A DNA stretch of 64,000 nucleotides. Source: a virus. The notes under the pieces were generated by a model. That model did no database searches. It was not told the origin of the DNA and saw only the letters and a list, made by a program, of their open reading frames with translations. The position numbers and the translations under genes were made by a program. The stretch lies in IMG/VR virus record IMGVR_UViG_3300028840_002420, positions 1-64,000 of that record; one strand, 5' to 3'. Below are positions 63,486-64,000 of the stretch, in pieces (the stretch's first letter is position 1; each line of letters opens with the position of its first letter).

Positions 63486-63940
63486 TGGTCTGCGTGCAGT
63501 GCGGGGCGCCGATGCCACAAGGTTATTGTCCCCACGGGCACAACCGTGGTGGGTTCGCAGCTCCGCTATCCGTCGAAGGGCAGAAGATCCGCGGGACGCT
63601 GCCGCCACCTGGACAGTGGCTCGGGTGGTCGATCAATCTGACGCTGCCAGAGCCAGAGCACGTGTTCGAGGTGACGTTTCCTGTACCTCCGATGTTCGAC
63701 ATCTCGACGGGGCCGGTGATGGAGGTGGTGTTCTGGTCGGATCTGGTCGCGAGATGGATTCACGGGGTGAGCTATCACTTCGATCAGGGGTTACCAGACG
63801 GCCATGTGCAGGTCGCTGTCGGTGATTTGGAGTGGGTTGGCCAGTGCGCTGATATCGGTGGGCGCGATGGCTTGATTCACGTGGTTCAGCAGCTGGAGGC
63901 TTATCAGCGTGGGATCCCCAGTCCTATCCCAGAGCATTAG
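63485..63940 (+). CDS. Hypothetical protein
   Basis: CVQCG......CPHGH N-terminus; TGATG overlap. Confidence 0.55.
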   Translation: MVCVQCGAPMPQGYCPHGHNRGGFAAPLSVEGQKIRGTLPPPGQWLGWSINLTLPEPEHVFEVTFPVPPMFDISTGPVMEVVFWSDLVARWIHGVSYHFDQGLPDGHVQVAVGDLEWVGQCADIGGRDGLIHVVQQLEAYQRGIPSPIPEH

Positions 63941-64000
63941 CGCGGCCAACGTTCCGTTGGAGAAGTCCGGGATTGACTGGACTGTCTGCCGAACCGTTGA

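Overview
The window is a contiguous segment of a large, GC-rich (roughly 60-65% by eye) contractile-tailed dsDNA phage, almost all on the + strand. It has four parts. (1) Head module, 1-17960: portal C-terminus, a MuF/DUF5661/pyrophosphatase-like fusion, an LPD29-type polyvalent protein, prohead protease, scaffold, a Herelleviridae-like major capsid protein, many decoration or fibre-like genes and a poly-gamma-glutamate hydrolase. (2) Neck, tail and baseplate, 17960-45000: sheath, tube, chaperones, tape measure, hub, spike, LysM/gp25, baseplate J and fibres. (3) Lysis-like genes and a four-tRNA cluster (Leu-Tyr-Leu-Leu), 45000-47700. (4) Replication and recombination, 49000-64000: wHTH initiator-like gene with an origin-like repeat region, SF2 helicase, Hfq/Sm-like protein, DnaB helicase, J-domain protein, primase, sigma-like factor, histone H1-like protein, UvsY-like protein, gp32-like SSB and RecA. 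I saw no terminase, DNA polymerase, integrase or endolysin. The most unusual signals are translational or RNA-level. A 13-codon ORF, MRSRIRRLLYLLR, lies directly upstream of the Leu-Tyr-Leu-Leu tRNA cluster and is a candidate leader-peptide sensor of tRNA depletion. An SD-preceded C-CCU-UUC -1 frameshift site at the SSB stop would append a start-less Cys4 domain whose stop overlaps the recA start. Other signals are a +1 frameshift candidate in the tail chaperone, a candidate antisense RNA over the initiator RBS, boxB-like hairpins before the capsid gene, and a K|S/A/G protease-cleavage code through the head proteins. All protein calls come from motif recognition and gene order, not database searches.
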